A stretch of 64,000 bases of DNA from positions 682,001 to 746,000 of the forward strand of contig OZ025803.1 of NCBI GenBank assembly GCA_964019425.1. The letters are read 5' to 3'. The stretch's first letter is position 1, and every line of letters starts with the position of its first letter. The translations under genes were made by a program, and so were the position numbers. The DNA is from Flectonema sp. DT1601. Lineage: Eukaryota. The notes beneath the pieces were generated by a model. That model was given only the letters and a program-made list of their open reading frames with translations. It had not been told where the DNA came from and made no database searches. This document shows, in pieces, positions 1 through 8,406 of the stretch.

Positions 1-3000
1 GCTCTCGCCCAGCTATACGCTAGCGTTGTTGATATCTCTTTCGACAGTGCCCTCCACGCCTCTGCCGGTCTCCGTGTCCTCAGAGAAATCGCCTTGATGA
101 AGGCCGCAGCTGCCTCATTCATGGCCCCGTCGCGCGTGAAGACTAGAGGAACGAAAGCTATTCCCTTCGAGCTACACTCCTCCCCGTATTTCTTCACCTT
201 TTCCCTCTCCTTCGCCTGGATGACCCGCCTCGCATCCAAGTGCGATCCCCGGGACAGACTTGTCTGCGAGCATACCTCGATGACCGTCACGTCGTACGCC
301 GCCGGTCTTCCTGTCCAGTTTCGTGTCGTTCCCGGCACTGCCTCGCTTACCAGGATGTCGGCCGGTTTCCTCCCTCCATCTAGGATTCGTTGCGGCTCCA
401 TTTCCACGGACATCCCCGTCACCCTTGCCTGCTTCGCCAGGAAATCCCTGACTAGGTTATGGCGTATGGTTGGCGTTGCCCCCCGGTTACACATCCCTGC
501 GTGCACCCCCCGAGGGTCTAGCTTAGCGTTGCACCTCTTGCATAGCTGTCCCGCCTGTAAGACCTCCAGCCCTAAATGCGCCCTGATCGCGGTCCGGAAA
601 ATTTGCGACGGCATCACGGTTCCCGTGTCGCTTGCCTCCGCCAACCACGCACTCGCCCTCGGCATGGACACCGCTCTGAAGTGTGCAAGTCTTTCTCGGT
701 CTCCGCTCCCCTTCAGGTCGTTGACCATCTTCGTTTTCAGCGAGGCGTCGATCTTCATTGACAGCTCTCTCTGTCGCACTACCTTATCGAGGTCCAGGTC
801 GCACTCCTCCGAGGTCTCCAGCGTCAGCGCTTTACACACCCCACTCCACTCCTCAGGGTCGACTTGGTATTGGGCGTCCAGCTCCACGCACAGTTTCCTC
901 GTCGCAGTGGCCGACGCTGCTCTGCCCGCCGCCGCGTGTCTCCCACAGTTTCGCAGGCCCACCCCCCCTTCCCGCAAAGGTAGCTCCGCCTGTAAGTGCG
1001 CCCGCTCATCCATATCCCCACCCACGAGACCCCGCAACACGCTTCTCACCACCGCATCGAAATCTGCCAGACCTGATCGCTGGTCCTCCAGGTACATTGA
1101 CCTCATCAAGTATACCATCTTCCCATACGAATGGCAGTATCGTAGCTGGGTCAGCGCTACGTGCCGATCCGGTAGCATCGTCAGTGACTCGCTTACTTTC
1201 TTCAGCTTCGTCACGTACTGCAGCAGGTATTCCTTGCAGTAGCTCCCACTCCCTACCGGTAGCTTGAGAATGGTGAAGTTTCCCTCGGACTCTTGTTTCA
1301 CCTTCTCCAAGCCCCCCTTCGGTTCCAGGCCCACCCGCAGAGGTACGAATACGCACTTCGCCTCCTTTACCTTTAGCCCCAGGCTTGATGCCTTTTGTAC
1401 CAGGTAGTCGTACGCCTTCGCTAGTTCGTCTACGCCTCCCATCAACACTCCATCGTCTAAGAACCAGAGGCTTCCATCCAGTCCCATCTTCTTGAGTCCC
1501 TCCAGTAGGCTTTTTATCCCGAGTGAGAAAAGGAGAGGCCCCGCCGGATCCCCCTGTTGGGCCCCCTCCCTCGACGGAATCGTGGTATCCTCAAAAAAGA
1601 GGCTCGTCGGTCTCTCGTAACACCACGATGCCAAAGGCAACAGTTCCGGCAGCGTGGACGCCAGCTCACGCAGGAACACCGCCCTCGAGACACAGTTAAA
1701 AGCGTTCTCAAAATCAATGGTCAGGATTGCCTTGTTGGCCCCCCTGTTCCTCTTCGCGTAGTCCCGTACTATTGCGTACACCGCCTCCACCCCACTGGGT
1801 ACCGCCACCCCCAGCTGTCCTCCTGGCTTTAAGAGGTTTGGTATCTTGGGCCTTATTTTTGCTAGCACTATCTTCCACGCCCACCTCCGCAGTGATTCCC
1901 CTACTGCTATTGGTCTATACCCGGTCGGCTCTTTCTTCAGCGCGATCAGGCGAGCTCCTGCCAACACCGGTGCCGCCTCATAAGGTACTTTCCCTCTTAC
2001 CAGTAGCTCTAATGTAGTGCAGAGCGTTGGCATCAACCCTCGCAGTCCCGTGTCGCACGCTTGCTTCAGGAGCTCCACGCTTAATCCCGACGGTCCGGCC
2101 CCCGTGTCCTTCGGGAATGTCTTCAGCGATGCTAGTGCTTCCTCCGGCGACACTACTGTGTTCCCCGTTCTCACCCCCTCCAGGTCTATCTTCTCGTGCA
2201 TGGGACTCGGGTGGATGGTCTGCATCGCCGCCAGGACTTCCGGCGCGTTCGGCGCTAGCCCGCTCGACACCAGGCATTTATTAGCCTGCGCGTACCTCCC
2301 TCTCCTGCTCAGGGCGCAGCACCGCTCATACCGTTCTCCCTGTGTCGTTTCCTTCTCCCGTCGTCTTTTGTTCCTCTTTGCCCTCGTGCTCCACATCGCT
2401 ACATACTCTCCCCTCAGCCATCCTTCCAGCCTGCTCGTCAGCCTCTCCCTATGCGTCTCTGTCCCCTTCTCATCCTTCCGCACCGCCGGCGTTCCCAGGC
2501 ATGCTTTCGGGAGCATCAATAGCAGCTTCCATGCCCGCGGGTCATTCCGCTGTGCTATCCGTTGCAATGTTGCCATGAGAGCTCTCGCCCACAACATCGT
2601 CAGCCTCTCGTCCAACTTTTTTGGCACCACTACCTGTGCCGCCCCTATCTCCTCCCACGACGGCAGCTCTCCAAGCTCTTTTTCGTCTGGCCACGGGGCG
2701 TTCTGAACCTCTTCCTCCCCCCCATCTAGCGCCATGGCTTCTCTACATCTCGGGTGGACCCCGGTGCTGCTTCCCGTCAGACACCCACACATCGTGCATG
2801 GTCGCACCCCCATCGCCTGCTGCTCCGCCTCCGTGAGAGGGCGATCTGACAGGAGGTGCTCCTTGTTCAAGTGGCCTAATAGTCCTCCCCAGTTCTTATA
2901 TCCCTCAAATCGCTGGGCGCGTGATCGCGAGCATTCTCCCCTGGGGCAGTAGTAAGGCCCAGACCCCCTCAGTCCCGCGCTTGGTCCCGTCCCCAGGCCT

Positions 3001-6000
3001 ATCCTCACCGCAGCCTCTTCAGCCGTTTGTTCGGAGAGCTTCAGCACATACACCGCCTCGGCTCTCTCCTCCACCCGATTGAGCATTTCGGCGTCCGCTT
3101 GGAGCACTGCCTCGTAGTGTTCTTTATCCAGCACTATCCACAGCGGGATGTCCTCAGTCCTTCTCAGGGGCAGCATCTTTAGGAGTCTCCCCGCCTCCCA
3201 CACTATGATCACTACTCCCATCTGGTCCGCCGCAACCTGCAGCGCTACGTTGTCCCCCCATCCCTTGTTCTCCAGTCGTACAGCGTAGTCCTCCTTGGCC
3301 AGTCCGTTGACGAACCATTGGTCCGTCCTCTCTTCACCTCTCATGTATTCCGCGAGTCTCTTCCGCAGCACCCTCGCACCCACTCGCCGATTCCATTCTC
3401 CCTTCGCCAGTAGGATTGCTCGGAACATACAGTCCCCATCCCCCTTAGTCTTGGTTACACTGACTCTCGGGAACTCCCTCTGTAGTTCTATGGACGTGCT
3501 TGGCGTTGCTTCCCCCTCCACCTCTCTGGAGCTGCTCAACTTCCTACACCTTGGGTGCATACTGGCCGTCCCCTTCATTGCTCGTCCGCAGTGTCCGCAC
3601 GCCTTCATGCCGCAGTCAGCCCACTGGTCCTGTCCCAATTGACCTTTATGCTTCCCATCTATGTGTGCCAGCAGGCCATTCTCCGTCCCAGACCACTCAC
3701 ACACTGGGCAGCTCGCACCCCCACCTCTCATCTCGTGGGGCTGCTGCTTGCAACTGCTTCTCGGCTTTGACGTCGACTGTTCATCTTCCGGCGCTCTCTC
3801 TTCCTTTGTTCGTCCCCCACTTTTCGTTTTCCGGGCCTTTTCCCGCTTCTTCTCTTGTTTCTTGTGCCATCGCGCTGGTGGACTCAGTCTCCACCTGTCG
3901 CTCGCCCGGTTTGGCCCCCTCACCTGTTGCGTGATTTCTTCCTGATACCTCTCGGTCTCATTCGTTCCCGCACAACCCACTAGCTTTGGCTGAGGGAATA
4001 ACCATATCGTGGGCTCCAGTTTTTGACATGCTAAAGACGGTAATATTCCTGTTGCCATATGTGTCCCTAGACCCGGCATATCCCTGAGTATCTCTAATTC
4101 CAACATGGCCCGCCACCTCTTTGTATACTCCTGTTCGTGTGCCATTGTCGTGTTCATCCCAGGCCCCCGCGTTGATGCCGTCTCACTCCCTGCCCCTAGT
4201 GTGCGGTTTGTCTTCGACTGGCTGTGCCCCCTCCTCGTGTACGACACGAGCGTGGGTTCTCTAGGCCCCGTCTCCGCATACCTCCTCGGGGCTGCCCCTT
4301 CGCCAAACACATTGTGTCTACTCCTCGAGTACGGCACCAACGCGAGTGCTCCAGGCCCAGCCTCCGCACAGCCCACCGGAGCCGCCCCTTCGCCAATCAC
4401 GTTGTGTCCACTCCCCGAGTACGACACTGTGAGTGCTCCAGGCCCAGCCTCCGCGTAGCTCCCCGGAGCTGTCCCTTCGCCAAACACGTTGTGTCCACTC
4501 CCCGAGTACGACACCGTGAGTGCTCCAGGCCCAGCCTCCGCACAGCTCCCCGGAGCTGTCCCTTCGCCAAACACCTTGTGTCTACTCCCCGAGTACAACA
4601 CCGTGAATGCTCCGGGCCCAGCCTCCGCATAGCTCACCGGAGCTGTCCCTTCGCCAAACACGTCGTGTCTACCCCCCGAGTACAACACCGTGAGTGCTCC
4701 AGGCCCAGCCTCCGCACAGCTCCCCGGAGCTGTCCCTTCGCCAAACACCTTGTGTCTACCCCCCGAGTACAACACCGTGAATGCTCCGGGCCCAGCCTCC
4801 GCATAGCTCACCGGAGCTGTCCCTTCGCCAAACACCTTGTGTCTACCCCCCGAGTACAACACCGTGAGTGCTCCAGGCCCAGCCTCCGCACAGCTCCCCG
4901 GAGCTGTCCCTTCGCCAAACACCTTGTGTCCACTCCCCGAGTACGACACCGTGAATGCTCCAGGCCCAGCCTCCGCGTAGCTCACTGGAGCTGTCCCTTC
5001 GCCAAACACGTCGTGTCCACTCCCCGAGTACGACACTGTGAGTGCTCCAGGCCCAGCCTCCGCGTAGCTCCCCGGAGCTGTCCCTTCGCCAAACACCTTA
5101 TGTCCACTCCTCGAGTGCGACACCGTGAGTGCTCCAGGCCCAGCCTCCGCATAGCTCACCGGAGCTGTCCCTTCGCCAAACACGTTGTGTCCACTCCCCG
5201 AGTACGACACCGTGAGTGCTCCAGGCCCAGCCTCCGCGCAGCTCCCCGGAGCTGTCCCTTCGCCAAACACATTATGTCCACTCCTCGAGTGCGACACCGT
5301 GAGTGCTCCAGGCCCAGCCTCCGCATAGCTCACCGGAGCTGTCCCTTCGCCAAACACCTTGTGTCCACTCCCCGAGTACGACACCGTGAGTGCTCCAGGC
5401 CCAGCCTCCGCGTAGCTCCCCGGAGCTGTCCCTTCGCCAAACACATTATGTCCACTCCTCGAGTGCGACACCGTGAGTGCTCCAGGCCCAGCCTCCGCAT
5501 AGCTCACCGGAGCTGTCCCTTCGCCAAACACATTATGTCCACTCCTCGAGTGCGACACCGTGAATGCTCCAGGCCCAGCCTCCGCATAGCTCACTGGAGC
5601 TGTCCCTTCGCCAAACACGTCGTGTCCACTCCCCGAGTACGACACTGTGAGTGCTCCAGGCCCAGCCTCCGCGTAGCTCCCCGGAGCTGTCCCTTCGCCA
5701 AACACATTATGTCCACTCCTCGAGTGCGACACCGTGAGTGCTCCAGGCCCAGCCTCCGCATAGCTCACCGGAGCTGTCCCTTCGCCAAACACCTTGTGTC
5801 CACTCCCCGAGTACGACACCGTGAGTGCTCCAGGCCCAGCCTCCGCGTAGCTCCCCGGAGCTGTCCCTTCGCCAAACACCTTGCGTCCACTCCCCGAGTA
5901 CGACACCGTGATTGCTCCAGGCCCAGCCTCCGCACAGCCCGCCGGAACTGTCCCTTCGCCAAACACCTTGTGTCTACTCCCCGAGTACAACACCGTGAAT

Positions 6001-7853
6001 GCTCCGGGCCCAGCCTCCGCATAGCTCCCCGGAGCTGTCCCTTCGCCAAACACATTATGTCCACTCCTCGAGTGCGACACCGTGAGTGCTCCAGGCCCAG
6101 CCTCCGCACAGCCCGCCGGAACTGTCCCTTCGCCAAACACCTTGTGTCTACTCCCCGAGTACGACACCGTGAATGCTCCGGGCCCAGCCTCCGCATAGCT
6201 CACCGGAGCTGTCCCTTCGCCAAACACATTATGTCCACTCCTCGAGTGCGACACCGTGAGTGCTCCAGGCCCAGCCTCCGCACAGCTCCCCGGAGCTGTC
6301 CCTTCGCCAAACACGTTGTGTCCACTCCCCGAGTACGACACCGTGAGTGCTCCAGGCCCAGCCTCCGCACAGCCCGCCGGAACTGTCCCTTCGCCAAACA
6401 CCTTGTGTCTACTCCCCGAGTACAACACCGTGAATGCTCCGGGCCCAGCCTCCGCATAGCTCCCCGGAGCTGTCCCTTCGCCAAACACATTATGTCCACT
6501 CCTCGAGTGCGACACCGTGAGTGCTCCAGGCCCAGCCTCCGCACAGCTCCCCGGAGCTGTCCCTTCGCCAAACACGTTGTGTCCACTCCCCGAGTACGAC
6601 ACCGTGAGTGCTCCAGGCCCAGCCTCCGTCTCTGCCAGTTGGTCGAGCACGCTGTGCTCCATCCTCTCGCCGTGGGTATTGAGCTCCGACCTCTCCGCCT
6701 GCTGCTCTTTCGGGTCATAGATTCTCCCATCCGTGACAAACACCACTTCCCCCTTTCCCTCGCTCGTCAACTGGTAAAAGACGTCCACAGCCATCTGGAG
6801 GTCACTCTGGAGCATCGAACCTCTGGAGTTGGAATCCGCACACAAACCGACGCCCGTACTTGACTTATCCGAAAGCATTCCACCAGTACTAGTCCCCAAC
6901 GGTGTCCTTCCTAACAGAGATCCGCGCTTATCCCTGTCTGTGAACCGGGATGGCTCCATCTGTGCTCCCTTCAATTCTACCACCAATTCCTGTCCCATGT
7001 CCGTTTTGCCACCGTTCAGCGGTAGCAGCTTGTTCCAAACGCGCTGAGTCTCCCTCTGTCCATCAGAACCGTGTGAGTGCCGAGCGAAGGTATCGAACAC
7101 CGATTCTACTCCATGTGCAAAGAGAACTAGATCCAGTGTAGGGTATCGCTCATGCTTGGTCACAGCACAGAGACACTCCAGGGCTGAAGAATTATGGAAG
7201 CACTTCATCCTTGCCCGGCATTCGCTACGGTCAAGGTCCTTGCTCTCTTGGCCAGCGTAGTCTGCCGAGCTACCGTTAAAAGTGCACCAAGGGCTCGTGT
7301 CATGGGCCGTCTTGCTCGTCGAACAGCGTTCAGCACCTCCTTGTGACGGGGTGAGTGAAAGATCCCAGTAACAATGCAGTTCCTCATCGTATCGCCCCTC
7401 TTCGGAGTGGTTTACGGCACACGTGCTTCTCTGCCACTCGAAGTGCCGACTGTTGCCGTATCGTTCTGCCACATATCGCTTCTCAATGCACTGAACACCG
7501 TCATTTGCCCCATTGTACGCATCCTCATGGTCGACCGCCACCGTCCCGGAAAAGTCGTAGGTCTGAGTCGGGAAAGGGACCGCTAGTTGTCCATAAACGC
7601 ATGTCGAACCTGCGAAGTCCATGGTAGATGTCGCCTGCCCCAAACATGCACCGGCGCGTTCCCCTTCGTCGGATCTTTCAATCGGCTGTTCAGTACACCC
7701 CAAATTCAATCTATTCCACACGTCGTCATCTGTACCAGCAAGACATCCCTGATTCGCCCCTTCGCTAAAAGGCAGCGATCCTCCCTCCAGCTGATGGTTG
7801 GCGGTCACACTTCCCGCAAAGACGCAGGCTAACCACATCACATGATACATCAT
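1..7853 (-). CDS. Retrotransposon polyprotein, at least 2617 aa, partial at 3' end: N-terminal extension, 29-aa repeats, ZnF, OTU, ZnF, RT, CCHC, RLE
   Basis: Hand translation begins MMYHVMWLACVFAGSVTA at 7853. RT motifs: AGPSGL, YRPIAVGESLRR, QLGVAV, IDFENAFN, GAQQGDPAGPLLF, WFLDDG (1466-1449). Then CKRC..H..C, RHNLVRD, RKPADIL, YDVTV, EREKVKKY and FVPLVFTRDG. The track lists no closed ORF in this frame, consistent with no stop before the edge. Confidence 0.93.
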   Translation of the reverse strand, partial: MMYHVMWLACVFAGSVTANHQLEGGSLPFSEGANQGCLAGTDDDVWNRLNLGCTEQPIERSDEGERAGACLGQATSTMDFAGSTCVYGQLAVPFPTQTYDFSGTVAVDHEDAYNGANDGVQCIEKRYVAERYGNSRHFEWQRSTCAVNHSEEGRYDEELHCYWDLSLTPSQGGAERCSTSKTAHDTSPWCTFNGSSADYAGQESKDLDRSECRARMKCFHNSSALECLCAVTKHERYPTLDLVLFAHGVESVFDTFARHSHGSDGQRETQRVWNKLLPLNGGKTDMGQELVVELKGAQMEPSRFTDRDKRGSLLGRTPLGTSTGGMLSDKSSTGVGLCADSNSRGSMLQSDLQMAVDVFYQLTSEGKGEVVFVTDGRIYDPKEQQAERSELNTHGERMEHSVLDQLAETEAGPGALTVSYSGSGHNVFGEGTAPGSCAEAGPGALTVSHSRSGHNVFGEGTAPGSYAEAGPGAFTVLYSGSRHKVFGEGTVPAGCAEAGPGALTVSYSGSGHNVFGEGTAPGSCAEAGPGALTVSHSRSGHNVFGEGTAPVSYAEAGPGAFTVSYSGSRHKVFGEGTVPAGCAEAGPGALTVSHSRSGHNVFGEGTAPGSYAEAGPGAFTVLYSGSRHKVFGEGTVPAGCAEAGPGAITVSYSGSGRKVFGEGTAPGSYAEAGPGALTVSYSGSGHKVFGEGTAPVSYAEAGPGALTVSHSRSGHNVFGEGTAPGSYAEAGPGALTVSYSGSGHDVFGEGTAPVSYAEAGPGAFTVSHSRSGHNVFGEGTAPVSYAEAGPGALTVSHSRSGHNVFGEGTAPGSYAEAGPGALTVSYSGSGHKVFGEGTAPVSYAEAGPGALTVSHSRSGHNVFGEGTAPGSCAEAGPGALTVSYSGSGHNVFGEGTAPVSYAEAGPGALTVSHSRSGHKVFGEGTAPGSYAEAGPGALTVSYSGSGHDVFGEGTAPVSYAEAGPGAFTVSYSGSGHKVFGEGTAPGSCAEAGPGALTVLYSGGRHKVFGEGTAPVSYAEAGPGAFTVLYSGGRHKVFGEGTAPGSCAEAGPGALTVLYSGGRHDVFGEGTAPVSYAEAGPGAFTVLYSGSRHKVFGEGTAPGSCAEAGPGALTVSYSGSGHNVFGEGTAPGSYAEAGPGALTVSYSGSGHNVIGEGAAPVGCAEAGPGALALVPYSRSRHNVFGEGAAPRRYAETGPREPTLVSYTRRGHSQSKTNRTLGAGSETASTRGPGMNTTMAHEQEYTKRWRAMLELEILRDMPGLGTHMATGILPSLACQKLEPTIWLFPQPKLVGCAGTNETERYQEEITQQVRGPNRASDRWRLSPPARWHKKQEKKREKARKTKSGGRTKEERAPEDEQSTSKPRSSCKQQPHEMRGGGASCPVCEWSGTENGLLAHIDGKHKGQLGQDQWADCGMKACGHCGRAMKGTASMHPRCRKLSSSREVEGEATPSTSIELQREFPRVSVTKTKGDGDCMFRAILLAKGEWNRRVGARVLRKRLAEYMRGEERTDQWFVNGLAKEDYAVRLENKGWGDNVALQVAADQMGVVIIVWEAGRLLKMLPLRRTEDIPLWIVLDKEHYEAVLQADAEMLNRVEERAEAVYVLKLSEQTAEEAAVRIGLGTGPSAGLRGSGPYYCPRGECSRSRAQRFEGYKNWGGLLGHLNKEHLLSDRPLTEAEQQAMGVRPCTMCGCLTGSSTGVHPRCREAMALDGGEEEVQNAPWPDEKELGELPSWEEIGAAQVVVPKKLDERLTMLWARALMATLQRIAQRNDPRAWKLLLMLPKACLGTPAVRKDEKGTETHRERLTSRLEGWLRGEYVAMWSTRAKRNKRRREKETTQGERYERCCALSRRGRYAQANKCLVSSGLAPNAPEVLAAMQTIHPSPMHEKIDLEGVRTGNTVVSPEEALASLKTFPKDTGAGPSGLSVELLKQACDTGLRGLMPTLCTTLELLVRGKVPYEAAPVLAGARLIALKKEPTGYRPIAVGESLRRWAWKIVLAKIRPKIPNLLKPGGQLGVAVPSGVEAVYAIVRDYAKRNRGANKAILTIDFENAFNCVSRAVFLRELASTLPELLPLASWCYERPTSLFFEDTTIPSREGAQQGDPAGPLLFSLGIKSLLEGLKKMGLDGSLWFLDDGVLMGGVDELAKAYDYLVQKASSLGLKVKEAKCVFVPLRVGLEPKGGLEKVKQESEGNFTILKLPVGSGSYCKEYLLQYVTKLKKVSESLTMLPDRHVALTQLRYCHSYGKMVYLMRSMYLEDQRSGLADFDAVVRSVLRGLVGGDMDERAHLQAELPLREGGVGLRNCGRHAAAGRAASATATRKLCVELDAQYQVDPEEWSGVCKALTLETSEECDLDLDKVVRQRELSMKIDASLKTKMVNDLKGSGDRERLAHFRAVSMPRASAWLAEASDTGTVMPSQIFRTAIRAHLGLEVLQAGQLCKRCNAKLDPRGVHAGMCNRGATPTIRHNLVRDFLAKQARVTGMSVEMEPQRILDGGRKPADILVSEAVPGTTRNWTGRPAAYDVTVIEVCSQTSLSRGSHLDARRVIQAKEREKVKKYGEECSSKGIAFVPLVFTRDGAMNEAAAAFIKAISLRTRRPAEAWRALSKEISTTLAYSWAR
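3105..3470 (-). other. OTU-family cysteine protease domain within the retrotransposon ORF
   Basis: TKGDGDCMFRAILL (Cys codon 3431-3429), LRKRLAEYM, KGWGDNVALQVAADQMGVVIIVW and LDKEHYEAV (His codon 3119-3117), in canonical OTU order. Confidence 0.88.
4230..6628 (-). repeat. 87-bp coding tandem repeat, about 27 copies; 29-aa unit S(C/Y)AEAGPGALTVSYSGSGHNVFGEGTAPG
   Basis: The motif ggcccagcctccg recurs every 87 bp from 4354 to 6616, with a degenerate copy near 4264. The repeats are in frame with the RT. Confidence 0.97.
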
Positions 7854-7862
7854 CTCACAAGG

Positions 7863-7903
<41 letters not shown>

Positions 7904-8294
7904 CTTCTTCCGTTGCCGAGGCGGGTTGGTCAGGCGAGTTAGGGAAAGGTAAAGGTCTAAGTCGGGTCCTCCTTGTAGCGACACAGACAGGAGTCTCTGA
8001 CTTGGAAAAAGGAAAGAAAAGGGGAGAGCTTATCTCTAGTCTTATCCTTGTACTCTTCTTCTATTCAACAAAACAACGTCAAACGCTTAGGGGCAAAGAG
8101 TACCTGAGAGACGGCAAGGCGAGACAAATTTCCCGTTCCGCGCACTCCAAACACTGATAAGCTGGTCGACAATATATCAATAAAATGAATACACAATCAC
8201 AAAGAATAACGTAAATTAAGATTAAAATAAAGGTAACGGTTACCACTGTGGATAGTTGATTTTTTTTTTAAATAAAAAAAAAATTTCACCACTC

Positions 8295-8365
8295 GCGTTT
8301 TTGTTCAGTGGTTATTTATGTCGACTTACAGTCGATTCGCCGGGGTTCAATTCTCTATGGGGGTC
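8295..8365 (+). pseudogene. Degenerate tRNA-like sequence (TAC anticodon loop, Val-like) in the retroelement 5' region
   Basis: A-box-like TGTTCAGTGG, anticodon arm GTCGA-CTTACAG-TCGAT and B-box GGTTCAATTC. The acceptor stem pairs poorly. Confidence 0.5.
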
Positions 8366-8406
8366 AGGGGGCGATCAGGGGCGACTTCTACGACTTCGAA
8401 GACTTA

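Noticed and set aside
94..3945. Multiple + strand ORFs (382 aa, 229 aa and others)
   Set aside because: They are antisense to the RT/RLE frame in GC-rich sequence and show no recognisable motifs.
4224..6863. 879-aa + strand ORF of RHRECSRPSLR repeats
   Set aside because: Antisense shadow of the 87-bp coding repeat; the minus frame is continuous with the OTU, RT and RLE domains.
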